Notes: generated by a model from the letters alone, not told the origin. Shown: positions 31,692-42,651, numbered from the stretch's first letter. The stretch is DNA of 64,000 nt from an uncultured Planctomycetaceae bacterium (GCA_963833985.1 CAWIAD010000002.1:1824001-1888000), one strand, 5' to 3'. Numbers and translations are program-made.

Positions 31692-32731
31692 TCAGACATC
31701 GTGTCCGGGGATTCCCAGGCTCCGCGCGACCGCCTGCAACTGGTCCCACGTCTTCTCATCGAGGGGAATGCCGTCGCGCGTGCGCTCGACTCGTGATCGA
31801 TGTTCGGGCTCGCCCGGCATGAGGATCTCGCCATCGGGCGTCACCGTCCGCGCGCTTTTCACCCACGCCGTGAAATCCGCGATGTCCTGGTCGAAATCGT
31901 CGCGGGCGCGGAGCCGTTGCGGGTCGATGACGATCGCCAGCATGTTGTTCGCCACGACCTTCGCACCGGGCCGGCTGCATGAGCCTCCCGACAGGGCGCC
32001 TGCGAGCACCTCGACGATCACCCCCAGCGCGAAGCCCTTGTGGCCGCCCAGGGGAAGCAGTGCGCCGGGAGGGGTTGCATAGAAGTCCTTCGGGTCGGTG
32101 GTCGGCCGCCCTTCGGCGTCGAGCAGGCAGCCCTCGGGGACGTGCGTGCCCCGGTTCGCCGCCAGCCGCACCTTGCCTTCGGCGATGACGCACGTGGATG
32201 CGTCCAGCAAGAGAGGCGGGCCTCCGGGAACCGGCACGCCCACGGCGATCGGGTCAGCCGAAAGCCGGCGCTGGGTGCCTCCGTGGGCGCGACCAGGATG
32301 CCTCCGCCGCCGGTGTTCACGAAGATGAGGGCGATCTTGTTCTCGCGCGCGGCCATCTCGGCCCAGTCGCCGATCCGGCCCAGGTGCCCCGAGTTGCGCA
32401 GGGCCAGCAGCGAGAGCCCGAAGCGGGCACTCTTGTCCAGCGCGATCCGCATGGCCTGCTCGCCGATCACCTGGCCGAAACCCAGCCGGCCGTCGAGGAC
32501 GGCGAGGACGTCGTTTTCCAGCACGATCTCCGCGGTCTGGTTGGGCACGACCTGTGCCGCCCGCATGCGCTCGACATACCGCGGAACCTGGATCACGCCG
32601 TGCGAGTCATGCCCGGTCAGGTTCGCCTCGACCAGGTAATGCGCGATCCGCTCGGCCTCGTGCGCGTGGCTTCCCGCGGCCGCGAAGATCTTGCCCACCA
32701 GTTGCTTGAGGGCCTCATGGCCGATCGTCAT
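31692..32731 (-). CDS. Ldh_2 family (malate/L-lactate/ureidoglycolate) dehydrogenase; frameshift ~32287
   Basis: [26 protein letters not shown] and MPGEPE. Confidence 0.88.
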
Positions 32732-32958
32732 CAGATGCTCCTCATGGCCGGGCCGTCGCGCCGTCAATCGGGCCATGCGGACCGGCGCCCGGTGCCACCA
32801 TTCTCCGGCCCCGCGGGGCCGGCCGCCAGCGGAAAGAGCGCCGGTACCTCGGCTTTGGGGCATTGCGGCAACCCAGGACCGCCGTTACGCTTCATGAACC
32901 GTGTGCACCACGCCCGGATCACTTGACGCTGCGCACTGCCCCTGGGAGAGCTGTCTTC

Positions 32959-33999
32959 ATGGAAACGATGCTGGCCCTTGTGAAGAAAGAGGCCAAGCCC
33001 GGACTGTGGCTGGATCATGTGCCGGTTCCCCGCATCGGCATCAACGATGTGCTCATCAAGATCCTCCGCACAGGAATCTGCGGGACTGATGTGCATATTT
33101 ACGAATGGGATGCCTGGGCGCAGCGGACGATCCCCGTGCCGATGGTGGTGGGCCATGAATTCGTCGGGCAAATCGCCGATGTCGGCTCGAACGTGAAGGA
33201 CTTCCACGTCGGCGAGATCGTCAGCGGAGAGGGGCACGTGGTCTGCGGCCGCTGCCGCAACTGCCTGGCCGGGCGGAGACATCTCTGCAAGGACACGAAG
33301 GGCGTGGGCGTGAACCGGCCCGGAGCCTTCGCCGAGTATTTGAGCCTGCCCATGACAAACGTCTGGGTGCATGACACGCAGATTCCCCGCGACGTGCAGG
33401 CCATCTTCGACCCGTTCGGCAACGCCGTGCACACGGCCCTCCAGTTCGACGTGCTGGGCGAGGACGTGCTCATCACCGGGGCCGGACCGATCGGGGTCAT
33501 GGCGGCCCGGATCGTGCGCCACGCGGGCGCCAGGCATGTCGTGGTGACGGACGTCAACCCGTTCCGGCTGGAGCTCGCACGCAAGATGGGCGCCACCCGC
33601 GGCGTCGATGTGCGCAGCCAGACGATCGCCGGCGTCCAGCAAGAGCTGGGTATGAAGGAGGGGTTCGACGTCGGCCTGGAAATGTCCGGCAATCCGCACG
33701 CCTTTCGCGACATGCTGGCGAACATCTGCCACGGGGGAAAGATCGCCATGCTCGGCATCCCGACCGAAGACATCGCCATCAACTGGCAGACCGTCGTCTT
33801 CAACATGATCACCATCCGCGGCATCTACGGCCGCGAGATGTACGAGACCTGGTACAAGATGACCGTGATGCTCCAGTCGGGCCTGGACATCTCACCGGTC
33901 ATCACCCACCGGTATGGCTTCGAGGATTTCGAGAAGGGGTTCGACGTCATGCGCTCGGGGCAGTCCGGCAAGGTGATCCTCACCTGGAGCGATGGTTAA
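32959..33999 (+). CDS. tdh: L-threonine 3-dehydrogenase
   Basis: [30 protein letters not shown] and [14 protein letters not shown]. Confidence 0.96.
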   Translation: METMLALVKKEAKPGLWLDHVPVPRIGINDVLIKILRTGICGTDVHIYEWDAWAQRTIPVPMVVGHEFVGQIADVGSNVKDFHVGEIVSGEGHVVCGRCRNCLAGRRHLCKDTKGVGVNRPGAFAEYLSLPMTNVWVHDTQIPRDVQAIFDPFGNAVHTALQFDVLGEDVLITGAGPIGVMAARIVRHAGARHVVVTDVNPFRLELARKMGATRGVDVRSQTIAGVQQELGMKEGFDVGLEMSGNPHAFRDMLANICHGGKIAMLGIPTEDIAINWQTVVFNMITIRGIYGREMYETWYKMTVMLQSGLDISPVITHRYGFEDFEKGFDVMRSGQSGKVILTWSDG

Positions 34000-34026
34000 G
34001 TTTGAAGCCCACGGATACAACGAAAC

Positions 34027-34056
34027 CGAACTGAACTGAGTTGAACTGAATTGAAC
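34027..34056. repeat. Short degenerate (TGAAC)n pentamer tract
   Basis: cgaac tgaac tgagt tgaac tgaat tgaac between tdh and kbl. Confidence 0.6.
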
Positions 34057-34077
34057 CGGAGCGGGAGCCTCTTGACG

Positions 34078-35260
34078 ATGTACGGCGCCATCCAGCAGCA
34101 CCTTGCCGACCAGCTCGAGCAGATCCGCAACGCCGGCCTGTGGAAGGGCGAGCGCGTGCTCAGCTCACCCCAGCAGGCCCACGTGGGAGTTGGTGCGCGT
34201 TCGGATGTTCTGAACATGTGCGCCAACAACTATCTCGGCCTGGCCGATCATCCCGAGGTGGTGCAGGCCGCGCGCGGCCCTGGAGCGCTGGGGCAACGGC
34301 ATGGCGTCGGTTCGCTTCATCTGCGGGACCCAGGAGCCGCACAAGGCGCTGGAGCGGGCCATCTCGGAGTTCCTGGGCACCGAGGAGACCATCCTCTATT
34401 CCTCATGCTGGGATGCCAACGGCGGCCTCTTCGAGACGATCCTCGGGGCCGAGGATGCCGTGATCTCCGATGAGCTCAACCACGCCTCGATCATCGACGG
34501 CATCCGCCTCTGCAAGGCCCAGCGGCTGCGCTACAAGAACACCGACATGGCCGACCTGGAGGCGAAGCTGCTGGAAGCCGGCGATGCCCGGTTCAAGCTC
34601 ATCGCCACCGACGGCGTGTTCTCGATGGACGGCATCATCGCCGACCTCCAGTCGATCTGCGACCTCGCCGAGAAGCACGGGGCGCTGGTGATGGTGGATG
34701 ATTCGCACGCCGTTGGATTCCTGGGCAAACATGGCCGCGGCACACACGAGCACTGCAATGTCATGGGCCGGGTCGACATCATCACCGGCACGCTGGGCAA
34801 GGCGCTGGGAGGCGCCAGCGGAGGCTATACCAGCGGCCGGGCCGAGGTCGTGTCGCTGCTGCGCCAGCGGTCGCGCCCGTATCTCTTTTCGAATTCGGTC
34901 GCACCGCCGATTCTGGGCGCCTCGCTGAAGGCGATCGAGATCTGCCGGCGCTCCACCGAGCTGCGCGACCGGCTGGCGGAGAACACGCAATTCTTTCGCG
35001 CGGAGATGACACGCCGCAAGTTCCAGATCGTTCCGGGCGAGCACCCGATCACGCCCATCATGATCGGCGACGCCGCGCTGGCCGGCCGCATGGCCGACCT
35101 GCTGCTGGAACGCGGTGTCTACGCCGTCGGCTTCTCCTACCCCGTGGTCCCCCAGGGCAAAGCGCGCGTGCGCGTGCAGGTGTCGGCCGCGCACAGCCAC
35201 GCGGACCTCGAGTTCGCCATCGAGGCGTTCACGGCCGTGCGGGATGAGCTGGGGATCTGA
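34078..35260 (+). CDS. kbl: Glycine C-acetyltransferase (2-amino-3-ketobutyrate CoA ligase); frameshift ~34273
   Basis: [39 protein letters not shown] and [11 protein letters not shown]; adjacent to tdh. Confidence 0.93.
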
Positions 35261-35289
35261 TGAGCTGAGGCGCGGCTGACAGTAGGGCA

Positions 35290-35399
35290 GCAGGTCGGGC
35301 TGCGGAGGCGGGTAGGTCGGGCTGCGGGAGCGGGTAGGTCGGGCTGCGGAGGCGGGTAGGTCGGGCTGCGGAGGCGGGTAGGTCGGGCTGCGGGAGCGG
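35290..35399 (+). repeat. Five tandem 22-bp G-rich units
   Basis: GTAGGTCGGGCTGCGG(GA/AG)GCGG starting at 35290 (GCAG variant), 35312, 35334, 35356 and 35378. Confidence 0.9.
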
Positions 35400-35612
35400 G
35401 TAGGTCGGGCTCACGCCCGAGGTTGGGGGCTTCGCCAGTAGAAAACCACGGCCTTACGGCCGTGGCCGCGTGTGCCGAGCGCCGTGGCCTGTGTGCCGTG
35501 GCCGCGTGTCTCGGGCTTCCAGCCCCTGTCCGGCTGTGGCCGTGTGTATCGGGCCCCACGGCCTCGGGGGGCCGCGGCCGGGTGTATCGGGCCCCACGGC
35601 CTGGCGTCCGTG
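35400..35612 (+). repeat. Orphan direct copy of the IS200-like right end, followed by degenerate ~37-bp repeats
   Basis: 35400-35473 is nearly identical to 36493-36566, including the TCGGGC-TCAC-GCCCGA and CCACGGCC-TTAC-GGCCGTGG hairpins. GTGTATCGGGCCCCACGGCCT repeats follow. Confidence 0.8.
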
Positions 35613-35700
35613 CCCACGTCCGTGGATCATGAGGATGGTGAGCGAAGTGACCATGCCCGTGAGGGCATGGTTCGGACGGGCGAAGCCTCCAACCTCGGGC

Positions 35701-35853
35701 GTGAGCCCGACCTACACCGCCGACGTGATCCCGACCTACAGTGCCGACGTGATCCCGACCTACAGTGCCGATGTGATCCCGACCTGTGCTGCCGGCGTGA
35801 TCCCGACCTCCTTCTCTGCCGTGATCCCGACTCTTTTCCATGGAATCCCGACC
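35701..35853. repeat. Six 24-bp units (15-bp core + 9-bp variable part) plus a partial unit
   Basis: GTGATCCCGACCTAC-like cores at 35701, 35725, 35749, 35773, 35797 and 35821, degenerating toward tnpA. Confidence 0.9.
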
Positions 35854-36387
35854 ATGCGTCCGCGCTACACCACCACCTGCCTCATCGAGCATCACCATGA
35901 GGTGACTCGCTACGAGATCGGAGGGCACACGCACTACAAGCTCGACTATCATTTCGTCTGGCGCACGAAGTACAACCGCAAGCTCCTCGGGCCGGTCTTG
36001 ACGCCCTTCCTGGTCGATGAGGTCGAATCGATCTGCCGGGAGAAACATGTGAAGCGGCTCGGCCTTGCCATCGCCGTCAATCACGTGCACCTCTGCCTGC
36101 GTCTCCGGCCCAGCCAGTCGCCCGCCCAGGTCATGAGCTGGATCAAATCCACAACCAGCAGGAACGCCTTCGAGCGATTCCCGGAGCTGGGTCATCGTCT
36201 CGGCCTGCGGCATCTCTGGGCCACCGGCTATCACGTCGAGAGCCTGGGCGACAAGCCGGTCTTCGCCATCCTGGCCTACCTCGGCCGGCAGGACGAGAAG
36301 CATGACCTGCGCGCGCTGGAGAGCTACATGGACGAGGTGGATCGGTTCCTGCTGTCAAGCGATACGGTGGACGATGAAGCGGAGTGA
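35854..36387 (+). CDS. tnpA: IS200/IS605 family Y1 (HUH) transposase
   Basis: YHFVWRTKYNRKLL, NHVHL (HUH), IKSTTSR, LWATGYHVES and AYLGRQ (catalytic YxxxQ). Confidence 0.92.
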   Translation: MRPRYTTTCLIEHHHEVTRYEIGGHTHYKLDYHFVWRTKYNRKLLGPVLTPFLVDEVESICREKHVKRLGLAIAVNHVHLCLRLRPSQSPAQVMSWIKSTTSRNAFERFPELGHRLGLRHLWATGYHVESLGDKPVFAILAYLGRQDEKHDLRALESYMDEVDRFLLSSDTVDDEAE

Positions 36388-36402
36388 GAACGCCCTCAGA
36401 CA

Positions 36403-36492
36403 GCAGGTCGGGGTGAGGGTAGGGGAGCAGGTCAGGCCAGGGGAGCGTGTAGGTCGGGCTGCGGGAGCGGGTAGGTCGGGCTGCGGGAGCGG
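36403..36492 (+). repeat. 22-bp G-rich units downstream of tnpA (two perfect, two degenerate)
   Basis: GTAGGTCGGGCTGCGGGAGCGG at 36449 and 36471; degenerate units near 36403 and 36427. Confidence 0.85.
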
Positions 36493-36693
36493 GTAGGTCG
36501 GGCTCACGCCCGAGGTTGGAGGCTTCGCCAGTAGAAAACCACGGCCTTACGGCCGTGGCCGCGTGTATCGGGCTCCCAGCCCCTGTCCGCCCGAGGCCGC
36601 GTGTATCGGTCCCCACGGCCTCGGCGCCGTGGCCGCGTGCGTTGGAGCGCCAGGGGCTTGCGGCCGCCGGGCGCCGGCGTTTCTGCTTGCGGA

Positions 36694-37488
36694 TCACGGC
36701 TTGCGCGCGATGACGATCCAGCCGCCGGCACGCACGCTGTGCAGAAGGCCGGGGTGGACGATCGGCCGGTACGAGACGTCCTCGAGGGGGATCACCTCGG
36801 TGATCTTCAGCCCTGCGCCGCGGAACTCGCGTTTCAGCTCGGCCCAGCGGTAGAGGTGGACCTCCATGCCGGGAATGCCGCGGTAGGTCATCCGCCGGTC
36901 GCCCACGCCGGCTTCCATCCGCAGGGCCTTGCCGAACTGGCCGAGCAGCCAGAGCCGGCCCTGCGGGTCCCGGAGATTGAGCCAGAGATTGTGCGCGTGC
37001 AGGGCCAGCCGTCCGCCGGGTCGCAGCAGCCGGGCGGTCTCGTGCAGGGCTCGCTGCCGGGACGTCCGGCCGCGGATCATGCCCAGAGTGCTGAACATCG
37101 ACAGGGCGTAGTCGAACGAGCCGCTGGCCAGGCACCCCAGGTGGCAGAGGTTCGCCTGCAAGACATGCAGCGATGGCAGAGTCTGCGGATTCGCAGCCTT
37201 GCGCTGGACTGTCTGGAGCATGGGACGCGAGAGATCGACGGCGACCACCGAGAACCCCTTGCCGGCGAAGCGCAAGGCGTGCCGCCCGGCACCGCAGCCC
37301 AGATCGACCAGCCGGCCGGGCTGCGTGAAGCGCGCGTCAAGAATCTCCGCGTCGATCTCGAAGAGTGGATGGCCTGCGAAGTAGGCGTCTTCCTCGACGG
37401 CCAAGCGAGGCGTGTGTGTGTACTCCCAGAGCGGCACGTTGACGCCTTCGGGAAGACGCCAGCGGGGAGGGGCTCGGTGCACGGTCAT
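36694..37488 (-). CDS. Class I SAM-dependent methyltransferase
   Basis: LVDLGCGAGR, VAVDLS, SFDYA and LLRPGG. Confidence 0.88.
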   Translation of the reverse strand: MTVHRAPPRWRLPEGVNVPLWEYTHTPRLAVEEDAYFAGHPLFEIDAEILDARFTQPGRLVDLGCGAGRHALRFAGKGFSVVAVDLSRPMLQTVQRKAANPQTLPSLHVLQANLCHLGCLASGSFDYALSMFSTLGMIRGRTSRQRALHETARLLRPGGRLALHAHNLWLNLRDPQGRLWLLGQFGKALRMEAGVGDRRMTYRGIPGMEVHLYRWAELKREFRGAGLKITEVIPLEDVSYRPIVHPGLLHSVRAGGWIVIARKP

Positions 37489-37534
37489 CGCCGGGGCCCC
37501 GGGGTTGGTCGGACGGGTCTGGGTCTGCCAGTGC

Positions 37535-38996
37535 TCACGACAGCTGCGGTGTGGCCAGGACGACGCTCGAGCGGGGCGGAAGCTCGACGGGGAACTGGCC
37601 CTCCCGAACCCGGCCCCCCTGGCGCGTCCATACATCTTCCAGGATGGTGCCGTCCGCAACCAGACCTTGCACCGGAAGATGGAGCCGGCTGTTCGATCGG
37701 GCCGTATTGAACACGGCGATCAGCGTTTCCTCGCCCAGCTGACGTGCGTGGGCGAAGTGCTGGGGACCGGCCGCCAGGATGGTGTAGGTGCCTCGTCGCA
37801 GGGCCGGACGAGCCCGGCGCAGGGCGATGAGACGCTGGAATTCATGAAGCAGCGCGTGGTCCCAGTTCTCGGGACGGTGCCAGGGGAAGGCGCCGCGATT
37901 GGCCGGGTCGTGGCCGCCCCGCAAGCCGATCTCGTCACCGTAGTAAACAGACGGAGCGCCGGAATAGGTCATCTGGAAGGTCGTCGCCAGCCGCAGGGCC
38001 GTCTGGTCTCCCCCGGCCAGCGTCAGGAACCTGGCCATGTCGTGACTGCCCAGCAGGTTGAGCATCACGGCGGTGATTGCCTGCGGATAGAGACCATTGA
38101 GCCGCCTGATGGCCGCGGCGAACGCCTCTCCGCCGGACGGCCCGGCGGGATGCAGGCAGGTGTGGCGCAGTTCGGCCTCGTCCACCTCGGTGCCAATGAA
38201 GAAAGCAATGCAGGCGCGTGTGAAGTGATAGTTCATCACCGCGTCCCACATGTCGCCCTTGAGCCAGCGTACGGCGTCGGTCCAGACCTCGCCCACGATG
38301 TAGGCGTGGGGATTGCCTGCCTTCACCCGCACCCGGAACTCGCGCCAGAATGAGTCGTCGTCAATCTCGTTGGGCACGTCGAGCCGCCAGCCGTCGATGC
38401 CGAAATCGATCCACTGGCGGCCGATCCTCCAGAGAAACTCGCGAACCTCGGGGCTGCCGGTATTGAACTTGGGCAAGGCGGGCAGGCCCCACCAGGCCCC
38501 GTAGTTCGGCTTCTTGTCCGGGTCATAGGCGTTGAGCGGAAAGACGCTGACGTGAAACCAGTCGAGATAGGCCGAGTTCGGCCCGTTCTCCATGATGTCA
38601 TGGAACTGGAAGAACCCCCGGCTGGCATGGTTGAACACGCCGTCGAGGACGACCCGGATCCCCCGCGCATGGGCCTCGTCGACCAGCCTGCGCAGGGCGG
38701 GATTGCCGCCGAGCATCGGGTCGACCTTCTCGTAATCATGCGTGTGGTAGCGGTGGTTCGAGGCCGACTGGAAGACCGGCGTGAAGTAGATGGCGTTGAT
38801 GCCCAGGTCCTGAAGATAGTCCAGGTGTTCCACCACACCGACGAGGTCGCCGCCCTGGTAGCCATGGTAGGTGGGGGGTGCCCCCCAGTCGTCGAGATGC
38901 CCGGGCTTGGGAACGGCCACGCTGCGCGAAGCGGTCGGGGAAGATCTGGTAGAAGATTGCGTCGCGCACCCACTCGGGAGTTTGGGGATCGGCCAT
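37535..38996 (-). CDS. GH13 alpha-amylase family (neopullulanase/cyclomaltodextrinase-like); frameshift ~38925
   Basis: [51 protein letters not shown] and YYGDEIG. Confidence 0.9.
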
Positions 38997-39108
38997 GGAG
39001 ACTCACTCACATGCGGAACGCGGAGAGGCGAGCCAGATGGTGGAATGCAGAGGGTGGAATCCGGGTGCGGCGCGCGGACCTCATCCTGGCGGCCGTGCCA
39101 TTTCCGGC

Positions 39109-41442
39109 TCAGCCCACGGGCACCTTCATCCAGTACACTTGCTGGCGATCACCGCGGAGCCGGAGATCTTCCAGGAACGCGTCGAGCGTGAGCTTGACCG
39201 CACCCTTGTAGCGCGGGCGTTCGTTGATACGAACTTCCACCTTGCGCTTGAAGTCGATCATTCGGGGGCTGACCCAGATATCCACCCGCGCCAGCCCGTT
39301 CAGCCTGAGGTTGAGCAGATTGCCCTGCGTGCTGGACTTCATCTTGATGGTGGCAGGGTTCAGGTTCTGGCCAAGGATCTCCACGGCTTCGGGGGCCATG
39401 GACCGGCCGCGTACGAAGTCGTGCACGACCACGCCGTAGAACCGGGCGTCGCACAGTCGGGCGGTCACGGCGTCGAATGCCTTGGGAGCGGGCTCGCGAC
39501 GATGCCGGTCCATCCAGTCGAAGAACGTGGGGATCTCCTCGGGGAATTCTTCCAGGCCTCGATGGTAATACTCGACGTAGGTCACGTCCCAGGTCTTGAG
39601 CATCAGCGGCTTGAGGTAGGTGCCGAAGATGATCTCGCTGGAGGCGGGCGCCAGGTCGCCGACCACGAAGTAGAGCGGCATGCGTTCGTGGTGCGGGAGG
39701 TAGCGGGGGACGTACTTCGCGGGAAAGCCCGAGGCGACGACCGCTCCGGCGAACAGGTCGGGATGTCCCAGCGCCATGTCCCAGGCCATGTTGCCGCCGG
39801 TAAGCTGGCCGGCGATGAAGACGCGGTCGCTGTCGATGGCGTACCGCCTGCGCGCGTCGCGCAGGGCCAGTTCCACGGCGGCGTGTTCGCTGGGGGTGTA
39901 GCGATAGTCGTGCGGCTGGCCGGAGATGTTGTACTCCGGCGCGATCACGATATAACCGCGCCGCGCTGCCTCGGCGGCCCAGCCGTCCACGGCGGCCTGC
40001 GGCCCCTGGCCGGAATGGCATGCGATGATGGCGGGATAGGAGCGCAGCGGATGGTACTCCGGAGGCAGCCGCACCGCGTACTCGGTGGGTTCCTGGTTTT
40101 CATCCTCCAGGAGCTTGCGCAGCAAGGTTTTCTCCGGCCCCTCCGCCGGATCCGCGAGCGGGGGCGGCATGAGCTGGCTGATCCGGGTGGCGAGATCCAG
40201 CTTGTGATATCCTTCTTGCGCGACGTCGTCGGTGGGCCAGTTCAGCTCCTCGAGCTTCGCCAGGATGTTCTCTCGCCCCGTGGCACCGGAGCCCGCGAGA
40301 TAATCATGTATCAGATCGCGCGCCTGCCAGAGCGTGTCGGCGATACTCATGTCGGGAACCGCCGCGTCGCTGCCCGCGACGTATCCGGACATGGCCAGGG
40401 CGAACCGCTGCGGGTCGGTCGTGCCCCGCTCGGTGCGGGCTTTCCGCCAGGCCAGGAAACGGTCGCGGACGGCATCGGGGGCCTGCTCGATCGCCTTCAT
40501 GGCCTCCGCGACGCGCTTCTTCCAGAGTGAGCGGTCCGCGGCCGAGAGCTTTCCCTCCAGTTTTCGAAGGTCCGTCGCCAGTGCCAGGTCGCTGGCGCGC
40601 TGCTCATCCTCGCGGCGAATCACCGCGCGGACGTCCAGGAACAGTTCCGTGGCGATCTCTTTCTCCTTGAAGCTCTTGAGGATCGCGTACGCCTGCTGAT
40701 ACTGCTGAGCCTTGCGGCGCACATCCACCTCGGCCCGGAGCTGGTTGGCCTGCGCCTGGATGATGTAGGTCTTCGCTCCCGCGGCCCGCTCGCGCAGGTC
40801 GGACTGGGGAAAATCATGGATGATCCGGTCCAGCGCCTCGCGGGCTTCGGGATAGTAGCCCGCGTCCATGAGAAAGCGGACCGCGCGCTCGCGTTCGGAC
40901 TGGTCGTGCTGCTCCACGCGCGCGAGCAGGCTGGTCACCACCGTCCGGGGAATCTGGCTGGTCACCACCTGGCCCAGCCAGAAGCCGTCCACGCCGCGAT
41001 ATTTCGTGACATGCGGCCCGAGCTCGATGATGGCCTGTTCCATCGTGGTGGGCCCGGGCGCTCGCGAGCCGACGTAGCGGAACGACCTGCGGCCCTTCTC
41101 GTTCCAGGAGCCGGCCTGGACGCTGAGCACTTCCGAGGGCATCCTGCCGGCGTGAACCTCCAGGGGCTGGACCAGCCGGAACTTCTCGCCGGTGCGGTAG
41201 GTGTTGTCGCCCTCCATCTTGACGATCTTCGAGTTATTGAAGACGGTCTTCTTCAGACCGTCCCAGAGGAAGATCAGGGTGCCGTCTCTGTCCGGGGTTC
41301 CCTGGGACAGGTAGATCATGCCGTTTTTCAGAGTGATGGTGTCTGCCCGGCCTCCGGCCCACGCCGCGCAGAGCTGGACCAGCAGGCTCAGGCACAGTAA
41401 ACGGCCGGCCCGAGGTCGCGATGTCTTGCTCACGGTGATCAC
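39109..41442 (-). CDS. Secreted protein with C-terminal alpha/beta-hydrolase-like fold
   Basis: Signal peptide; [34 protein letters not shown] and HPDLFAG. Confidence 0.7.
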   Translation of the reverse strand: MITVSKTSRPRAGRLLCLSLLVQLCAAWAGGRADTITLKNGMIYLSQGTPDRDGTLIFLWDGLKKTVFNNSKIVKMEGDNTYRTGEKFRLVQPLEVHAGRMPSEVLSVQAGSWNEKGRRSFRYVGSRAPGPTTMEQAIIELGPHVTKYRGVDGFWLGQVVTSQIPRTVVTSLLARVEQHDQSERERAVRFLMDAGYYPEAREALDRIIHDFPQSDLRERAAGAKTYIIQAQANQLRAEVDVRRKAQQYQQAYAILKSFKEKEIATELFLDVRAVIRREDEQRASDLALATDLRKLEGKLSAADRSLWKKRVAEAMKAIEQAPDAVRDRFLAWRKARTERGTTDPQRFALAMSGYVAGSDAAVPDMSIADTLWQARDLIHDYLAGSGATGRENILAKLEELNWPTDDVAQEGYHKLDLATRISQLMPPPLADPAEGPEKTLLRKLLEDENQEPTEYAVRLPPEYHPLRSYPAIIACHSGQGPQAAVDGWAAEAARRGYIVIAPEYNISGQPHDYRYTPSEHAAVELALRDARRRYAIDSDRVFIAGQLTGGNMAWDMALGHPDLFAGAVVASGFPAKYVPRYLPHHERMPLYFVVGDLAPASSEIIFGTYLKPLMLKTWDVTYVEYYHRGLEEFPEEIPTFFDWMDRHRREPAPKAFDAVTARLCDARFYGVVVHDFVRGRSMAPEAVEILGQNLNPATIKMKSSTQGNLLNLRLNGLARVDIWVSPRMIDFKRKVEVRINERPRYKGAVKLTLDAFLEDLRLRGDRQQVYWMKVPVG

Positions 41443-41782
41443 GTCGCTTTCTCCCCGGCACCACCCTTGCGTCGCGCTGCGACCGGCACCGGCCTGTCGA
41501 GGAACCGACCGGCTCGCAAGCCCGCTGCCCGCATGAGCCTACCCATTTCGCAGCACGTGAAGCGTCTTCCGCTCGCATGCCAATTGTGACAGTCCCGCCG
41601 ATAAGGTCAAGACGGCGTGGTTGCGCGGAGGGTCGTCCGCCGGCAGCCGGCTCGCCGCCGGAGCCGCTTGCGCCCGGCACGCGGCGCGGTGTGGCATGCC
41701 CGGGCGGCTCCGCGTAGGCTGGAATCATCAAGACGCGGTAAGCGGCGCCAGGCCGAAGCACAGATGAGGAGAATGCCCAGCC

Positions 41783-42553
41783 ATGGCCGAGGAATCATTC
41801 CGATTTCGCTGCACCAACTGCCGGCAGCTGCTCGGAGCGTCGTTCCGGAGAATCGGGACGGTCATTTCCTGCCCCAGGTGCGGCGCCGAGCTGAAGGTCC
41901 CTCACCCGGAGGAACAGCCGGCCACGTCCGAACCCGCGCGTCCCGCCCCGTCGTCCGCTGGCCGGAGCCGGAGCCCGAACCCGGTTGCGCGCACCAGCGC
42001 CGCCAGCCGCGCAATCCAAACCCGCGCTCCCCTCGTTCATGGAGGAGATTGCGGCGGCCATCCCCGACGAGCTTGCGGCACTCCGTCCCGAGGATATCCG
42101 GGTCGAGGCGGAATTCGCCGACCTCGTGATCAACACCGGCCCGAGCACCACCCCATCCGTTCCATCGGCCGGATCGCCCTCAGCCGAACCTGAAGTCGAT
42201 TCGGCGGCGCTGAGCGCCTATTTGCGCAGTCGGCTCCGGCATCCCAGGCTGCACCGGTTCTCCCCGAGGAACCCCCCGCGGCTCCGGCCCCGGAGGCACC
42301 GAGGGCCGCAACACTCGCGTTCTCTCCGAATCCACCGCCCGAGCCGCAGCTCCTTGCGGCTGCGGGAGATGCCGTCCTACCGCCGATCCATGTGGAGACG
42401 TCGGGGCGATTGCTGCCGGGCCGTCCCATGCAACCCGTCAGCGAAGTCGTGCTGCAACCCGCGACGGTGCTGGCATGGTCGCTACTGGTGCTTCTTGCGC
42501 TTCCCATGGCCTTTCTGGCGGGGCTGATGATCGGTCACTTCGTCTGGAAGTGA
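41783..42553 (+). CDS. Zinc-ribbon protein with Pro-rich linker and C-terminal TM helix (frameshifted)
   Basis: FRCTNC...ISCPRC; a later frame reads [28 protein letters not shown]. Confidence 0.6.
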
Positions 42554-42651
42554 GCGGGTCCCGGCGATCTCGCTTACCTTGGATGCCGCCGGGGCGTTTG
42601 CTACCATGGATCTGGATCACCGCGGTTCTCATTCCGGACGAGGCATCGAGC

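Larger units (their letters stand above)
35650..36640 (+). mobile_element. IS200/IS605-family element (tnpA only) with hairpin ends and internal tandem arrays
   Basis: Left hairpin ACCATGCCC-GTGA-GGGCATGGT (35650-35671), right hairpin 36539-36558, and an inverted ~37-bp segment shared between 35679-35715 and 36493-36529. No tnpB. Exact cleavage sites not determined. Confidence 0.75.

Noticed and set aside
35290..35853. Repeat arrays as a CRISPR array
   Set aside because: Periods are 22-24 bp, the variable parts are 9 bp or less and related to each other, and there are no cas genes in the window.
35854..36387. Calling the transposase a RAYT, or expecting TnpB/IscB with an omega-RNA
   Set aside because: The motifs (YHFVWRTKY, LWATGY) are IS200-type, and no RuvC nuclease ORF lies nearby.
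35137..37135. Pro-rich minus-strand ORFs across the IS region
   Set aside because: They are read-throughs of tandem repeats antisense to tnpA and kbl.
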